Sequence record: SRR20825010_4140
DNA: 32,317 bases
Direction: 5' to 3' (one strand)
Notes under the pieces: model-generated
What the model was told of the DNA's origin: nothing
The model's database searches: none
Seen by the model: only the letters and a program-made list of their open reading frames with translations
Translations under genes and position numbers: made by a program
Shown here: piece after piece, positions 8,805 through 18,051 of the stretch
How positions within the stretch are numbered: position 1 is the first letter of the stretch
Layout: every line of letters begins with the position of its first letter

Positions 8805-9809
8805 ATGAAAATAGCGCGATGGCTGTTGGCCGCGTTTCTGCTTGTGATTCTCAGCGGTTCATTGCTGCTTACGCTTTCTCCCGACCTGGCACGTTGGCCT
8901 GTGGCACCCACGCAATCAGTCCCGGAAAAGGGCTCGGTCACGCTCACCTACCTGGGCACCAGCACTATCCTGATCAGCGACGGCCACACGCACCTGCTCA
9001 CCGATGGGTATTTCTCCCGGGTTTCCATTCCGCAATTGCTGTTCACCCGGATAGCCCCTGACACACAACGCATCGAACAGGCACTAACACAGGCCAACAT
9101 CACCTCGTTGGACGCCCAGCTGGTGCTGCACTCTCATTTTGATCACGCCATGGATGTGGCGGAAGTCGCAAAACGTACCGGCGCACAATTGCTGGGCTCC
9201 TCGTCTACCGCCATGGTGGGCAAGGGCGGCGGCCTGCCGGGTTCCCGCATCACCACCATCGTCCCCCATCAGCCGTATTCGTTTGGGCAATTTACCGTGC
9301 ACTTTGTCCCGGCCAGCCATGTGCCACTGCCCGCGCCAGTGGAAGCCATGACTGGCAAGGGAGACATCGCCAAACCGGTTACCCCGCCCGCACGAGTGGG
9401 AGCCTGGGAGGAAGGACAAAGCTACGCCGTGGTCATTACCCATCCCGCCGGATCGCTGTTGATTCAGGGAAGTTCCGGAGCGGTCCCCGGGGCGCTGACG
9501 GGTTACCAGGCAGACTATGCCCTGCTCGCCAGTGCCAGCTTGGGCAAACAATCCGATCGTTATCAGCAGACGTTCATGGAAGAAACCGCCATCGCGGTAG
9601 GCGCACACACGGTGATACCGGTGCACTGGGATGATTTTTTCAGTGAGCTGACACCAGACGTGAAACCTCTTCCCTGGGGACTGGACAACATGCATAACTC
9701 GTTTCATGCACTGGCGGACAGGCACGACGGCGACTTTTGGGTGCTGCCGCCCTTTCAGCCGTTTACGTTAACCCCCGGGGCACAAAGTCCGTCAGTATCC
9801 GGGCAATAA
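8805..9809 (+). CDS. MBL-fold metallo-hydrolase (UlaG-like), exported or membrane-anchored
   Basis: 334 aa. N-terminal hydrophobic signal/anchor, LTYLG..LLTDGYFSR, HSHFDHAMD (HxHxDH), IPVHWDDF. Confidence 0.82.
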   Translation: MKIARWLLAAFLLVILSGSLLLTLSPDLARWPVAPTQSVPEKGSVTLTYLGTSTILISDGHTHLLTDGYFSRVSIPQLLFTRIAPDTQRIEQALTQANITSLDAQLVLHSHFDHAMDVAEVAKRTGAQLLGSSSTAMVGKGGGLPGSRITTIVPHQPYSFGQFTVHFVPASHVPLPAPVEAMTGKGDIAKPVTPPARVGAWEEGQSYAVVITHPAGSLLIQGSSGAVPGALTGYQADYALLASASLGKQSDRYQQTFMEETAIAVGAHTVIPVHWDDFFSELTPDVKPLPWGLDNMHNSFHALADRHDGDFWVLPPFQPFTLTPGAQSPSVSGQ

Positions 9810-10707
9810 CCTCAGGCCGGGTTTCGCGTTTCAGCTGCTCCAGCAATTGCCCTGCCTGCGGCCAGCGCCGACGCAAGTAACTCAGCCATTGCTTAATGCG
9901 CCCGGCCAATTGCGCATCGGTGCCGGTACCCGCCACATCCACCCAGAACTGTTGCAGGATCGGCAAGATCGCATCCCAGCCGGTCTCCCCACCGTGCCGC
10001 AACACGGAGACCAGGCGCGGGTTGGCCACCGCGCCACGCCCGAGCATCAGATCATCACAGCCGCTTTCCTGGCGAGCGCGGGCGGCATCGTCCGCAGTCC
10101 AGATCTCACCATTGGCAATCACCGGAATCGATACCACCTCACGGATGTGGCCGATACGATCCCAGAATGCCGGCGGCTTATACCCCTGGCGCTTGGTACG
10201 CCCGTGTACCGTCAACCAGGCAGCTCCGGCGTCAACCACTGCACGGGCATTATCCAGCGCCCGGGCATCATCTTCATTACCCAGGCGCATTTTCACCGAC
10301 ACCGGCACATGGGCCGGCACAGCTTCGCGCACAGCGGCCGTCACCGCATGGACTACCTCCGGTTCATCCAGCAACACCGCACCGCCACGATGACGGTTCA
10401 CCGTTTTCGCCGGGCAACCAAAATTCAGATCAATCGCTGGCGCTCCAAGCGTCACTGCACGCACCGCATTTTCTGCCATGCAATCAGGTTCGGAGCCCAG
10501 TAACTGAAGATGCACAGGCGTGCCCGCCCGGGTGCGCGCGCCAAGTTTTAACTCGGGGCACCAGCGATAAAACACCTTGGGCGGCAACAGCAGCCCGCTG
10601 ACACGGACAAACTCACTGACACACCAGTCGTAGTCGCCCACATCCGTCAGTGCCTGGCGAACCCAAAAATCCGCCAGTCCTTCCATAGGGGCCAGAATCA
10701 ATTTCAT
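9763..10707 (-). CDS. dusC: tRNA-dihydrouridine synthase C
   Basis: MKLILAPMEG, CVSEFVRV, DLNFGCPAKTVNRHRGGA, HGRTKRQGYKPPA, ANGEIW. Start ATG 10707. Confidence 0.85.
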   Translation of the reverse strand: MKLILAPMEGLADFWVRQALTDVGDYDWCVSEFVRVSGLLLPPKVFYRWCPELKLGARTRAGTPVHLQLLGSEPDCMAENAVRAVTLGAPAIDLNFGCPAKTVNRHRGGAVLLDEPEVVHAVTAAVREAVPAHVPVSVKMRLGNEDDARALDNARAVVDAGAAWLTVHGRTKRQGYKPPAFWDRIGHIREVVSIPVIANGEIWTADDAARARQESGCDDLMLGRGAVANPRLVSVLRHGGETGWDAILPILQQFWVDVAGTGTDAQLAGRIKQWLSYLRRRWPQAGQLLEQLKRETRPEVIARILTDFVPRGLT

Positions 10708-10720
10708 GGCGCGCATTCTA
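10708..10720 (-). promoter_or_regulatory. -10 box (TAGAAT) with GC-rich discriminator directly before the dusC ATG
   Basis: Minus strand reads TAGAAT-GCGCGCC-ATG, with no Shine-Dalgarno. Confidence 0.5.
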
Positions 10721-11290
10721 GGCTACTGCAGCGCTGCCGAATACGCGTAATTGCGGGCAAAAATACATTCAACCTTCTTTCTTCCCCACGTCGAAGCACA
10801 CCACAAAACATCCGGCTTCTCTTGCAATAACGGTGTTCATTTGCCACGGTAAATAACAATTTGCGCAAGAATGGACGCTACTCGGGGACACCCGCACGCC
10901 GGAAATGCGATAGCAGGCGCCCCTGACAACGTGAGGGAACGCAATGAAAAAAGCATCATTCGCGAGCGCCATCGACACGGCATTAACATGCTTTTTCCTG
11001 CATGGTTAACGCCGTCAACGCCTTATCGGGAAGGCACAAGAGGGTACACTGCCGAGAAAGTCTGCCGCCTTTTCTCTGGCTTACCGAGTGTTCCATCTCC
11101 ACGCACCCACCGTATGCTGTGTGTGCTTTTCCTTCCCTTATTGCGTCGTGTGCACTGCGCGACACGCTGCCGACACCGAAACGCGAATACGCAATATTTC
11201 GCCTTACACCACCCCACAATTCATAGGCCTGTCGCTTCACCCGCGCCAGGCCGCACGTTTTTTGCGATAAAAAATGAGGGAGAGAAACTG

Positions 11291-12352
11291 ATGAAACAGC
11301 AACGTATTTTGCCATTATCGACAGCCCTGCTGGCTGGCTTTGCCGCCCTGCCTGCCCAGGCGGATCTGGAGGTCACCCCCTACGGCTCCCTGCGCATCCA
11401 GACGGAAGCCGTTTCTGTTGATCAGGCGCAACCCGGCGAAGACGATTCCTACACCGGGCTACGGGACGCGTACTCCCGCTTGGGCGTCAACGCCAACTAT
11501 AATGATTTCGAACATTTTGATATTTCTGCCACGGTGGAATTCCCGATTAACTCCGCCCGCCTGCAAGCGGAAGACCCGACCTTTTTCCAGGAAAGCTACA
11601 AAGGCAACAACAAGCCACGGGTCGCCGACATTACCGTGGCCCACGATCGCTTTGGTAGCGTGCGCGTTGGTACCCAGTGGCTGGCGTACTACAACAACGT
11701 GGCCTACCCGCTGGATTTCTTCAGCTCTTTCTATTCCGGCTATGCCACCCAGGCCACTTTTCGCCGCGACGCACTCACTTACACCACCCCCAACATGGGC
11801 GGGTTCACGGCCACCGTTTCCGGTGTCGACCTGACCGACCAGCAGGGCACCAGTTACCTGGACACCATGCAGTACGCACTGTCCTATGCGGTTAACGACG
11901 AACTGGCCTTCGGTATCGGCTACCAGGACAGTGAGCAGGACTCCGCCAAGCATGCCGACCAAGCCGGCATTTCCGCAGCCTGGTCGCCGGGTAACTGGCG
12001 CTTTGCTGCCAAGGTAGAACAGCTGCTCAGCAACGATGACACCCTTCAGGACGATGATCCGGTGACCTACAACCTGCTGGGTTCCTACAGCTGGAACAAG
12101 TACACCCTGCGCGCCATGGTTGCCCACGGTGAGGAATCCGACGAGGGGGATGCGTTCTTCCAGGGGGATTCTGCCCAGGTCGGGCTGGACTACCGCCACA
12201 CCGAAAACCTCAAATTCTTTGCGGAATACTTCTACGAAGAACTGGGTTACGCCATCTACACCCCCAACTCCGAAAGCTTCAACCCGTTGGCGGGCTATCA
12301 GGTGGAAAGCGACGGTCAGGTATTCACCGTGGGCATGCGGTTTGATTTTTAA
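11291..12352 (+). CDS. Outer-membrane porin (general Gram-negative porin-like)
   Basis: 353 aa from ATG 11291 (RBS GAGGGAG). Signal peptide ending AQA, YGSLR...DAYSRLGV start, alternating beta-strand pattern, C-terminal GMRFDF. Confidence 0.82.
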   Translation: MKQQRILPLSTALLAGFAALPAQADLEVTPYGSLRIQTEAVSVDQAQPGEDDSYTGLRDAYSRLGVNANYNDFEHFDISATVEFPINSARLQAEDPTFFQESYKGNNKPRVADITVAHDRFGSVRVGTQWLAYYNNVAYPLDFFSSFYSGYATQATFRRDALTYTTPNMGGFTATVSGVDLTDQQGTSYLDTMQYALSYAVNDELAFGIGYQDSEQDSAKHADQAGISAAWSPGNWRFAAKVEQLLSNDDTLQDDDPVTYNLLGSYSWNKYTLRAMVAHGEESDEGDAFFQGDSAQVGLDYRHTENLKFFAEYFYEELGYAIYTPNSESFNPLAGYQVESDGQVFTVGMRFDF

Positions 12353-12361
12353 GAACCGACG

Positions 12362-12521
12362 GCATGCATCACGCTGGACGCAACAACGCGTTTGATTGTA
12401 ATGCACACCGAAAACCAAACAGGCCGCGCTCGAAACCTCGGCGCGGCCTGTTTGGTTTTACCTGGAAAACATTCGCAGGGTTCTAGCGCATGATGCGTGT
12501 TGCGCGCAGCATGAAGCGTGC
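12362..12521. repeat. Inverted pair of heptamer arrays enclosing a terminator
   Basis: Left arm ATGCATC ACGCTGG ACGCAAC (12364-12384). Right arm GATGCGT GTTGCGC GCAGCAT GAAGCGT (12492-12519). 19 of 24 positions pair Watson-Crick between 12362-12385 and 12498-12521. Confidence 0.75.
12411..12459 (+). terminator. Intrinsic terminator after the porin, possibly bidirectional
   Basis: 19-bp perfect inverted repeat AAAACCAAACAGGCCGCGC / GCGCGGCCTGTTTGGTTTT. Confidence 0.8.
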
Positions 12522-12711
12522 TCAATCAGAATCCCCGCCGGTTGACGCAAGCGAAACGCCATAGCTTAGGAGATCAGAGGAAGAAGCAGCCTGCGAGCTC
12601 CGGCGGGCCTTTCAATATAATCAGCCGCAGCAACCGGGCGGAAGCCCCTGGTTAGAACCATTTGGAATCAATCCTCCCAGCCTCTTTTCCTGCCCCGCCT
12701 TACCCTTTTTA

Positions 12712-12724
12712 TATCAATCACTTA
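12712..12724 (+). promoter_or_regulatory. IHF consensus site
   Basis: TATCAA-TCAC-TTA is an exact match to WATCAANNNNTTR, preceded by a T-tract. Confidence 0.5.
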
Positions 12725-12898
12725 GAATAGATCAAATCAGTTGAACGGTTGCCCCGGCTCGGATCCATCCTCCCTGCCGGCTCGTAACCCGGAATTGATT
12801 CACCACAGCCGCTGCATTACTGTTGCCGCCAGCATGGCCCGCAGCAGGGGCAGACACAGCAAAGACGGGGTCCCGGTGACGGATCCGAGGAGACGCTC

Positions 12899-13141
12899 AT
12901 GGCAAAAAACGCAGCCCCCGCGCTGGAAACCTCGCTGGACAGTCTGGAAGCCCTGGTGGAACGGATGGAATCCGGTGAGCTGACCCTGGAAGATTCCCTC
13001 AAAGCCTTTGAGGAAGGAGTGCGCCTGTCCCGGGAATGCCAACAGGCCCTGCAACAGGCTGAACAGAAGGTACGTATTCTGCTGGAGCAGAACGACCGCG
13101 CCGAGCCTGCCCCCTTCACCGGTGGTGACAATGAGCAATGA
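12899..13141 (+). CDS. xseB: Exodeoxyribonuclease VII small subunit
   Basis: 80 aa with [52 protein letters not shown]. xseB-ispA-dxs synteny. Confidence 0.95.
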   Translation: MAKNAAPALETSLDSLEALVERMESGELTLEDSLKAFEEGVRLSRECQQALQQAEQKVRILLEQNDRAEPAPFTGGDNEQ

Positions 13142-14054
13142 GACAACCCGCAAGGCCACGCCCGGCGATTTCGTCGCGCTGGACCAGCTGACCGAGACAG
13201 CCAAGGCCCGCCTGGAACAGGCCCTGGACCACTACCTGCCTGCCCAGAGTGCCGCTTCCCGGCTCAGCCAGGCCATGCGCTACGCCGCACTCAGCGGCGG
13301 TAAACGCATTCGCCCACTACTGGTTTACGGCGCCGCCCAGCTGGCAGGTGCCAGCCCGGCCCAGGCCGATGTGCCCGCCGTGGCGGTGGAGCTGATCCAT
13401 GCCTATTCCCTGGTTCACGATGACCTGCCCGCCATGGACGACGACGACCTGCGCCGGGGCCAGGCCACCTGCCACAAGGCCTTCGACGAAGCCACCGCCA
13501 TCCTCGCTGGCGACACCCTTCACACCCGCGCTTTCGAGTTGCTGGCCTGCCATGGCGATTACCGCAGTGATAGCCGCATCGCCCTGATTCAACACCTGTG
13601 CCAGGCAGCAGGCGTAGACGGCATGGCCGCCGGCCAGATGCAGGACATGCTCGCCCAGGGCCAGCAACAGACCGTGGCGGCGCTGGAAGAAATGCACTAC
13701 CTGAAAACCGGCCGCCTGATCACCGCCAGCCTGCAGCTGGGGTACTTTGCGGCAGAAAACGACGATCCCGCCTTGCTCAGCAACCTGACCGACTTTGGCG
13801 ATGCCATTGGCCTGGCATTCCAGATTCAGGACGACATCCTCGATATCACCGCCGCCACCGAACAGCTCGGCAAACCTTCCGGCTCCGATGAAAAGCTGCA
13901 AAAGAGCACCTTCCCATCCCTACTCGGCCTGGAACAAAGCCAGCAACGCGCCCGGCAACTGTGTGACCAGGCGCAACAAGCCCTGGCCGGCTATGGCCCA
14001 CGCGCCCTGCCGCTGCAACAATTAGCGCAATACATCATTACCCGGAATCACTGA
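13131..14054 (+). CDS. ispA: Farnesyl diphosphate synthase (geranyltranstransferase)
   Basis: [38 protein letters not shown]. Start ATG 13131 overlaps the end of xseB. Confidence 0.95.
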   Translation: MSNETTRKATPGDFVALDQLTETAKARLEQALDHYLPAQSAASRLSQAMRYAALSGGKRIRPLLVYGAAQLAGASPAQADVPAVAVELIHAYSLVHDDLPAMDDDDLRRGQATCHKAFDEATAILAGDTLHTRAFELLACHGDYRSDSRIALIQHLCQAAGVDGMAAGQMQDMLAQGQQQTVAALEEMHYLKTGRLITASLQLGYFAAENDDPALLSNLTDFGDAIGLAFQIQDDILDITAATEQLGKPSGSDEKLQKSTFPSLLGLEQSQQRARQLCDQAQQALAGYGPRALPLQQLAQYIITRNH

Positions 14055-14061
14055 TCCAGCA

Positions 14062-14091
14062 CTGACGACCACCCCCCCAGACAGTTATACT
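14062..14091 (+). promoter_or_regulatory. Candidate internal sigma70 promoter for dxs
   Basis: CTGACG-N18-TATACT within the 135-bp ispA-dxs gap. Confidence 0.4.
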
Positions 14092-14189
14092 AGCGGTTCA
14101 GGCGGAAGGCGGTACGCCCTGATTACTCCGCGTTCCACTGGCGACCACTGGCCATTATCTGGCCTGCACTCATCAGGCTGCATGACCCT

Positions 14190-16112
14190 ATGCCCAAGAC
14201 GTTTACACAAATTCCGCTGACGCGACCCGATACCCCGCTGCTGGACACCCTGAGCAGCCCTGCGGACCTGCGGCAGCTGCCCGCCTCCCAACTGGAGCGC
14301 GTGGTCGATGAATTACGTGAATATCTGCTCTACGCGGTAGGTCAGTGTGGCGGGCATTTCGGCGCAGGCCTCGGGGTGGTAGAGCTGACTGTCGCCCTGC
14401 ATTACCTGTATCACACGCCGGACGACAAACTGGTCTGGGATGTGGGCCACCAGTGCTACCCCCACAAGATTCTTACCGGGCGCCGGGAATCGCTCACCAG
14501 CATCCGCCAAGCGGGCGGTCTGTCCGGCTTCCCCAAGCGCAGCGAATCCGAATACGACACCTTCGGTGTGGGCCACTCGTCCACTTCCATCAGCGCGGCA
14601 CTGGGCATGGCGCTGGGCGCGGAAATGGCCGGCAGTGACCGCCGTGCCGTGGCTATCATCGGTGACGGTGCCATGACGGCAGGCCAGGCCTTTGAAGCCA
14701 TGAGCCACGCAGCGCATACGCGCTCCAATCTGCTGGTGATCCTCAACGACAACAATATGTCGATTTCCCACAATGTGGGCGGGCTATCCAACTACTTCGC
14801 CCGGATCTGGGCCAGCAAGAGCTACATCGCCCTGCGCGAAGGCGGCAAGAAGGTCCTCTCCACCATGCCGGCGGCCTGGGATTTTATTCGCCGCACCGAA
14901 GAAAGCATGAAGAACATGGTCAGCCCGGACATGCTGTTCGAGGCCATCGGCTTCAACTACATCGGCCCTATCGACGGCCACAATGTGGACGAACTGGTCC
15001 GCACCCTGGGCAACCTGCGCGACCTGGAAGGGCCGCAGCTGTTGCATATCTACACCACCAAGGGCAAAGGTTTTGCACCGGCTGAAGCCGACCCGGTGGG
15101 CTACCACGCCATCAACAAGATCGAACCCAAACCCAAGGTCCAGGTGGCCGTTCCCAGCAAACCCAAGCTGCCCAAGTACCAGGACATCTTCGGCCAGTGG
15201 CTGTGCGACATGGCCGAGCAGGATCCACGTCTGGTTGGCATCACACCGGCCATGTGCGAAGGGTCCGGCATGGTGGAATTCAGCCGCCGCTTCCCGGATC
15301 GCTACCATGACGTGGCCATTTGTGAGCAACACGCAGTTACTCTGGCGGGCGGCCTGGCCTGTGAGAATCAAAAACCGGTGGTGGCCATTTATTCCACCTT
15401 CCTGCAGCGCGGCTATGATCAGCTGATCCACGATGTAGCGCTGCAGGAACTGGACGTGACCTTCGGTCTGGACCGGGCCGGCCTGGTGGGCGAAGACGGC
15501 GCCACCCATGGGGGTGTATTCGATCTTGCCTACCTGCGCACTGTCCCGAACATGATCATCGCGGCCCCTTCGGATGAAAACGAGTGCCGCCAGTTGCTCT
15601 ACTCAGCCTACCTGCACGAAGGGCCCGCAGCCGTGCGCTACCCGCGCGGCACCGGCACCGGTGCCACCATCGAAGACACCATGACCGCACTGCCCATCGG
15701 CCAGGCCCGCACCCTGCGCGACGGCCAGCAAGTTGCCATCCTGGCCTTTGGCGCACTGGTGCCAGCCGCGCTTGAAGCGGCCAACGCACTCAATGCCACC
15801 GTGCTGGATATGCGCTGGGTGAAACCCCTGGACCGGGACGCCATTCTCAAGGCCACCGCCGGGCACGCACTGCTTGTCACTGCAGAAGACCATCAGCAAA
15901 TGGGGGGCGCCGGCTCTGCCGTGAATGAACTGTTGCACGCGGAAGGTGTGGTGGCGGATGTGCTCAACCTGGCGCTGCCGGATCACTTCATTCACCACGG
16001 CAAGCGGGACGTGTTACTGGCCGAAGCAGGGCTGGATGCTGACGGCATTGAACGCCAGATCCGCGAACGCCTGAGCCGTCAGCAGACCCTGCGCGAAGCT
16101 CTCGAGCGTTAA
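14190..16112 (+). CDS. dxs: 1-deoxy-D-xylulose-5-phosphate synthase
   Basis: 640 aa with [24 protein letters not shown]...LNDN (TPP motif), [29 protein letters not shown]. Confidence 0.97.
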   Translation: MPKTFTQIPLTRPDTPLLDTLSSPADLRQLPASQLERVVDELREYLLYAVGQCGGHFGAGLGVVELTVALHYLYHTPDDKLVWDVGHQCYPHKILTGRRESLTSIRQAGGLSGFPKRSESEYDTFGVGHSSTSISAALGMALGAEMAGSDRRAVAIIGDGAMTAGQAFEAMSHAAHTRSNLLVILNDNNMSISHNVGGLSNYFARIWASKSYIALREGGKKVLSTMPAAWDFIRRTEESMKNMVSPDMLFEAIGFNYIGPIDGHNVDELVRTLGNLRDLEGPQLLHIYTTKGKGFAPAEADPVGYHAINKIEPKPKVQVAVPSKPKLPKYQDIFGQWLCDMAEQDPRLVGITPAMCEGSGMVEFSRRFPDRYHDVAICEQHAVTLAGGLACENQKPVVAIYSTFLQRGYDQLIHDVALQELDVTFGLDRAGLVGEDGATHGGVFDLAYLRTVPNMIIAAPSDENECRQLLYSAYLHEGPAAVRYPRGTGTGATIEDTMTALPIGQARTLRDGQQVAILAFGALVPAALEAANALNATVLDMRWVKPLDRDAILKATAGHALLVTAEDHQQMGGAGSAVNELLHAEGVVADVLNLALPDHFIHHGKRDVLLAEAGLDADGIERQIRERLSRQQTLREALER

Positions 16113-16139
16113 CCGCCCGGACAAACAGCGCTGACACAG

Positions 16140-16181
16140 AATGACAAAGGGGAGCGATTACCGCTCCCCTTCGTCATTTTT
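16140..16181 (+). terminator. Terminator for dxs, overlapping the 3' end of the convergent diguanylate cyclase
   Basis: AATGACAAAGGGGAGCG / CGCTCCCCTTCGTCATT (16 of 17 paired), followed by a T-run. Confidence 0.7.
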
Positions 16182-17396
16182 ACGCTCCTTGACCAACCGC
16201 ACCGGCGGCGGCGCTTCATACATCCGCCAGTCGTCCCGCCCCCCTTGTTTGGCCAGATACAAAGCGCGATCCGCCGCTTCCAGCAAGTCCCCCGCGCTGT
16301 GGCGGTCACCGGGTATCATCATCGCGGCCCCAACACTGACGGTCACCTCCTGCATCTCCGGATTGTCCGCATGGGGAATGGCCAGTGAACGCACCGACCG
16401 GCAGAGCCGGGAGGCCAGCTGCTGCGCTTCTACTTCATCGGTTTCCGGGTACAACAACACGAACTCCTCCCCACCAAAGCGCGCCACCAGATCCCCTCCG
16501 CGGCGGCTATAGCGGCGAAACTCGGCCGCCAGTTTCTGCAGGCAGAGATCCCCTTGCAGGTGGCCGTAATGGTCGTTGTAGGCCTTGAACCGATCCACAT
16601 CCACCAACATCACGGTCAGTGGCTGTCGGTTGCGTTTGCAGCGGCGCCACTCTCTGTCGAAGGCCTCATCAAAAAAACGCCGGTTGGCCAGGCCCGTGAG
16701 GCTGTCTTCCCGGCTCAACCGGTGCAGACGCTCTGCCAGTGCCTGGGTGCGACGCTGCTGGCGCAGTAGTTGGCGTTGGTTGAAAAAAAGCAGCCGGTCG
16801 CGCACTTCCGTGGAATAGCACAAGAACATGCCCAGCAAGCTGATCCCGGTATAGGTACGGTGCAGGACCTGCCAATCCAGCCCCTGCCCCAGCTTTTCCG
16901 CGATCAACACGCCCACCAACCCGCCGCCCCAACCGGCCAGCGACGCCACGGTAAAACGCAGGCCAACCATGGCGTAGACAATAACGAGGGCATAAATCAC
17001 CGAGACGTGGGCCAGCTGGATGGAACCGCTGTCGCGCATAAAACCGGGAATGGCCACGGATACGGCCACAGCGAGAAAACTGCCAATGCCGGCATAGAGA
17101 GGAAAATAACGATCCAGTGCCCGCACCTGGGCAAGCAAGCCAGCCACCAGCACAATGATCCCCACCCAGATATAGGTGGACAACCACCAGCCCCGGACCT
17201 GCTCCGGTGCCAGCGCGTAAATGCCGGTTATCAACAGCATGTAGAGCAGCAGGATATAGAAGGCATTAACCCGGAAGCTTTTCACCGCTTCCTGGCACTG
17301 ATACTCCCTGTATTCACCTTCAAGGCGTCGAGGAAAGCGCAACCAGCGCACCCCGGGGACCACCACCCGTCGTGAGCGCGGATCAGTGTCTGACAT
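16158..17396 (-). CDS. Membrane-bound diguanylate cyclase (GGEEF)
   Basis: 412 aa. About 6 N-terminal TM segments, DSLTGLANRR, DVDRFKAYNDHYGHLQGD, RGGD I-site followed by RFGGEEF, ADRALYLAK. Confidence 0.92.
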   Translation of the reverse strand: MSDTDPRSRRVVVPGVRWLRFPRRLEGEYREYQCQEAVKSFRVNAFYILLLYMLLITGIYALAPEQVRGWWLSTYIWVGIIVLVAGLLAQVRALDRYFPLYAGIGSFLAVAVSVAIPGFMRDSGSIQLAHVSVIYALVIVYAMVGLRFTVASLAGWGGGLVGVLIAEKLGQGLDWQVLHRTYTGISLLGMFLCYSTEVRDRLLFFNQRQLLRQQRRTQALAERLHRLSREDSLTGLANRRFFDEAFDREWRRCKRNRQPLTVMLVDVDRFKAYNDHYGHLQGDLCLQKLAAEFRRYSRRGGDLVARFGGEEFVLLYPETDEVEAQQLASRLCRSVRSLAIPHADNPEMQEVTVSVGAAMMIPGDRHSAGDLLEAADRALYLAKQGGRDDWRMYEAPPPVRLVKERKNDEGER

Positions 17397-17489
17397 TGCA
17401 AATCCTTTGCGAATGAATCTCCCTGCAGGTTAAAAGTTAACCTTCAGAAGCGCCATCCCTTTGGCGCCAGCGGTAGTGACAAAACGATA

Positions 17490-17975
17490 TCAGGTAAAGA
17501 TGACAGGAAATTGCCAGAGCAGCAATTGCACCACGGCCGCGGCATAGACCCCTGCCAGCAAGTCATCGACCATGATTCCCAGGCCTCCGGCCACCCGGCG
17601 ATCCAGCCAGCCGATCGGCCAGGGCTTGATGATATCGAACACCCGGAACGCCACAAAGCCGGCCAACGCCCCCCAGGGGGTGATCGGCACAGCAATCATG
17701 GTAATCAGCAGGCCGGCGATCTCATCCCAGACAATCCCCGGGTGATCGTGCACGTGCATATCGTCAGAGGTCTTGCCACACAGATAGGGCCCCACGGCGA
17801 TCACCGCAGCCGTCACCGCCAGGTACCCCCACAAAGGCAGCTGGGCACACAACCACCAGATCGGCATGGCCGCCACCGTGCCAAAAGTGCCCGGCGCGAT
17901 CGGAGCCAGCCCGGAGCCGAAGCCGAAAGCCAGGAAATGCACCGGGTTACGCATACTGGGGCGTTGAAATTCCAT
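17490..17975 (-). CDS. pgpA: Phosphatidylglycerophosphatase A
   Basis: GFGSGLAPIAPGTFGT, HDHPGIVWDEIAG, FRVFDIIKPWPI, GIMVDD. Follows thiL. Confidence 0.95.
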   Translation of the reverse strand: MEFQRPSMRNPVHFLAFGFGSGLAPIAPGTFGTVAAMPIWWLCAQLPLWGYLAVTAAVIAVGPYLCGKTSDDMHVHDHPGIVWDEIAGLLITMIAVPITPWGALAGFVAFRVFDIIKPWPIGWLDRRVAGGLGIMVDDLLAGVYAAAVVQLLLWQFPVIFT

Positions 17976-18051
17976 GTTATTCCTCGCGGGCTCTGTCTCG
18001 GCAATCTCTATGATTTTGTATTGTTCGCGTGTTGCGTGCAGGCGGCTCTTG

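Noticed and set aside
8794-8807. Three-codon uORF overlapping the MBL start (TAATG)
   Set aside because: Easily arises by chance from the RBS sequence; no supporting evidence.
10821-10840. Sigma54-like promoter on the minus strand (GAACAC-N5-TTGC)
   Set aside because: The invariant GG at -24 is absent.
11157-11195. ACGC-type units in the porin leader
   Set aside because: They are not in a consistent 7-bp phase and do not follow a stop codon.
10871-11290. 140-codon in-frame N-terminal extension of the porin
   Set aside because: The signal peptide and RBS are at 11291, and the extension has non-protein-like composition.
13008-13130. Longer ispA start from the ORF track
   Set aside because: It lies within xseB. 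ATG 13131 has an RBS and gives a typical length.
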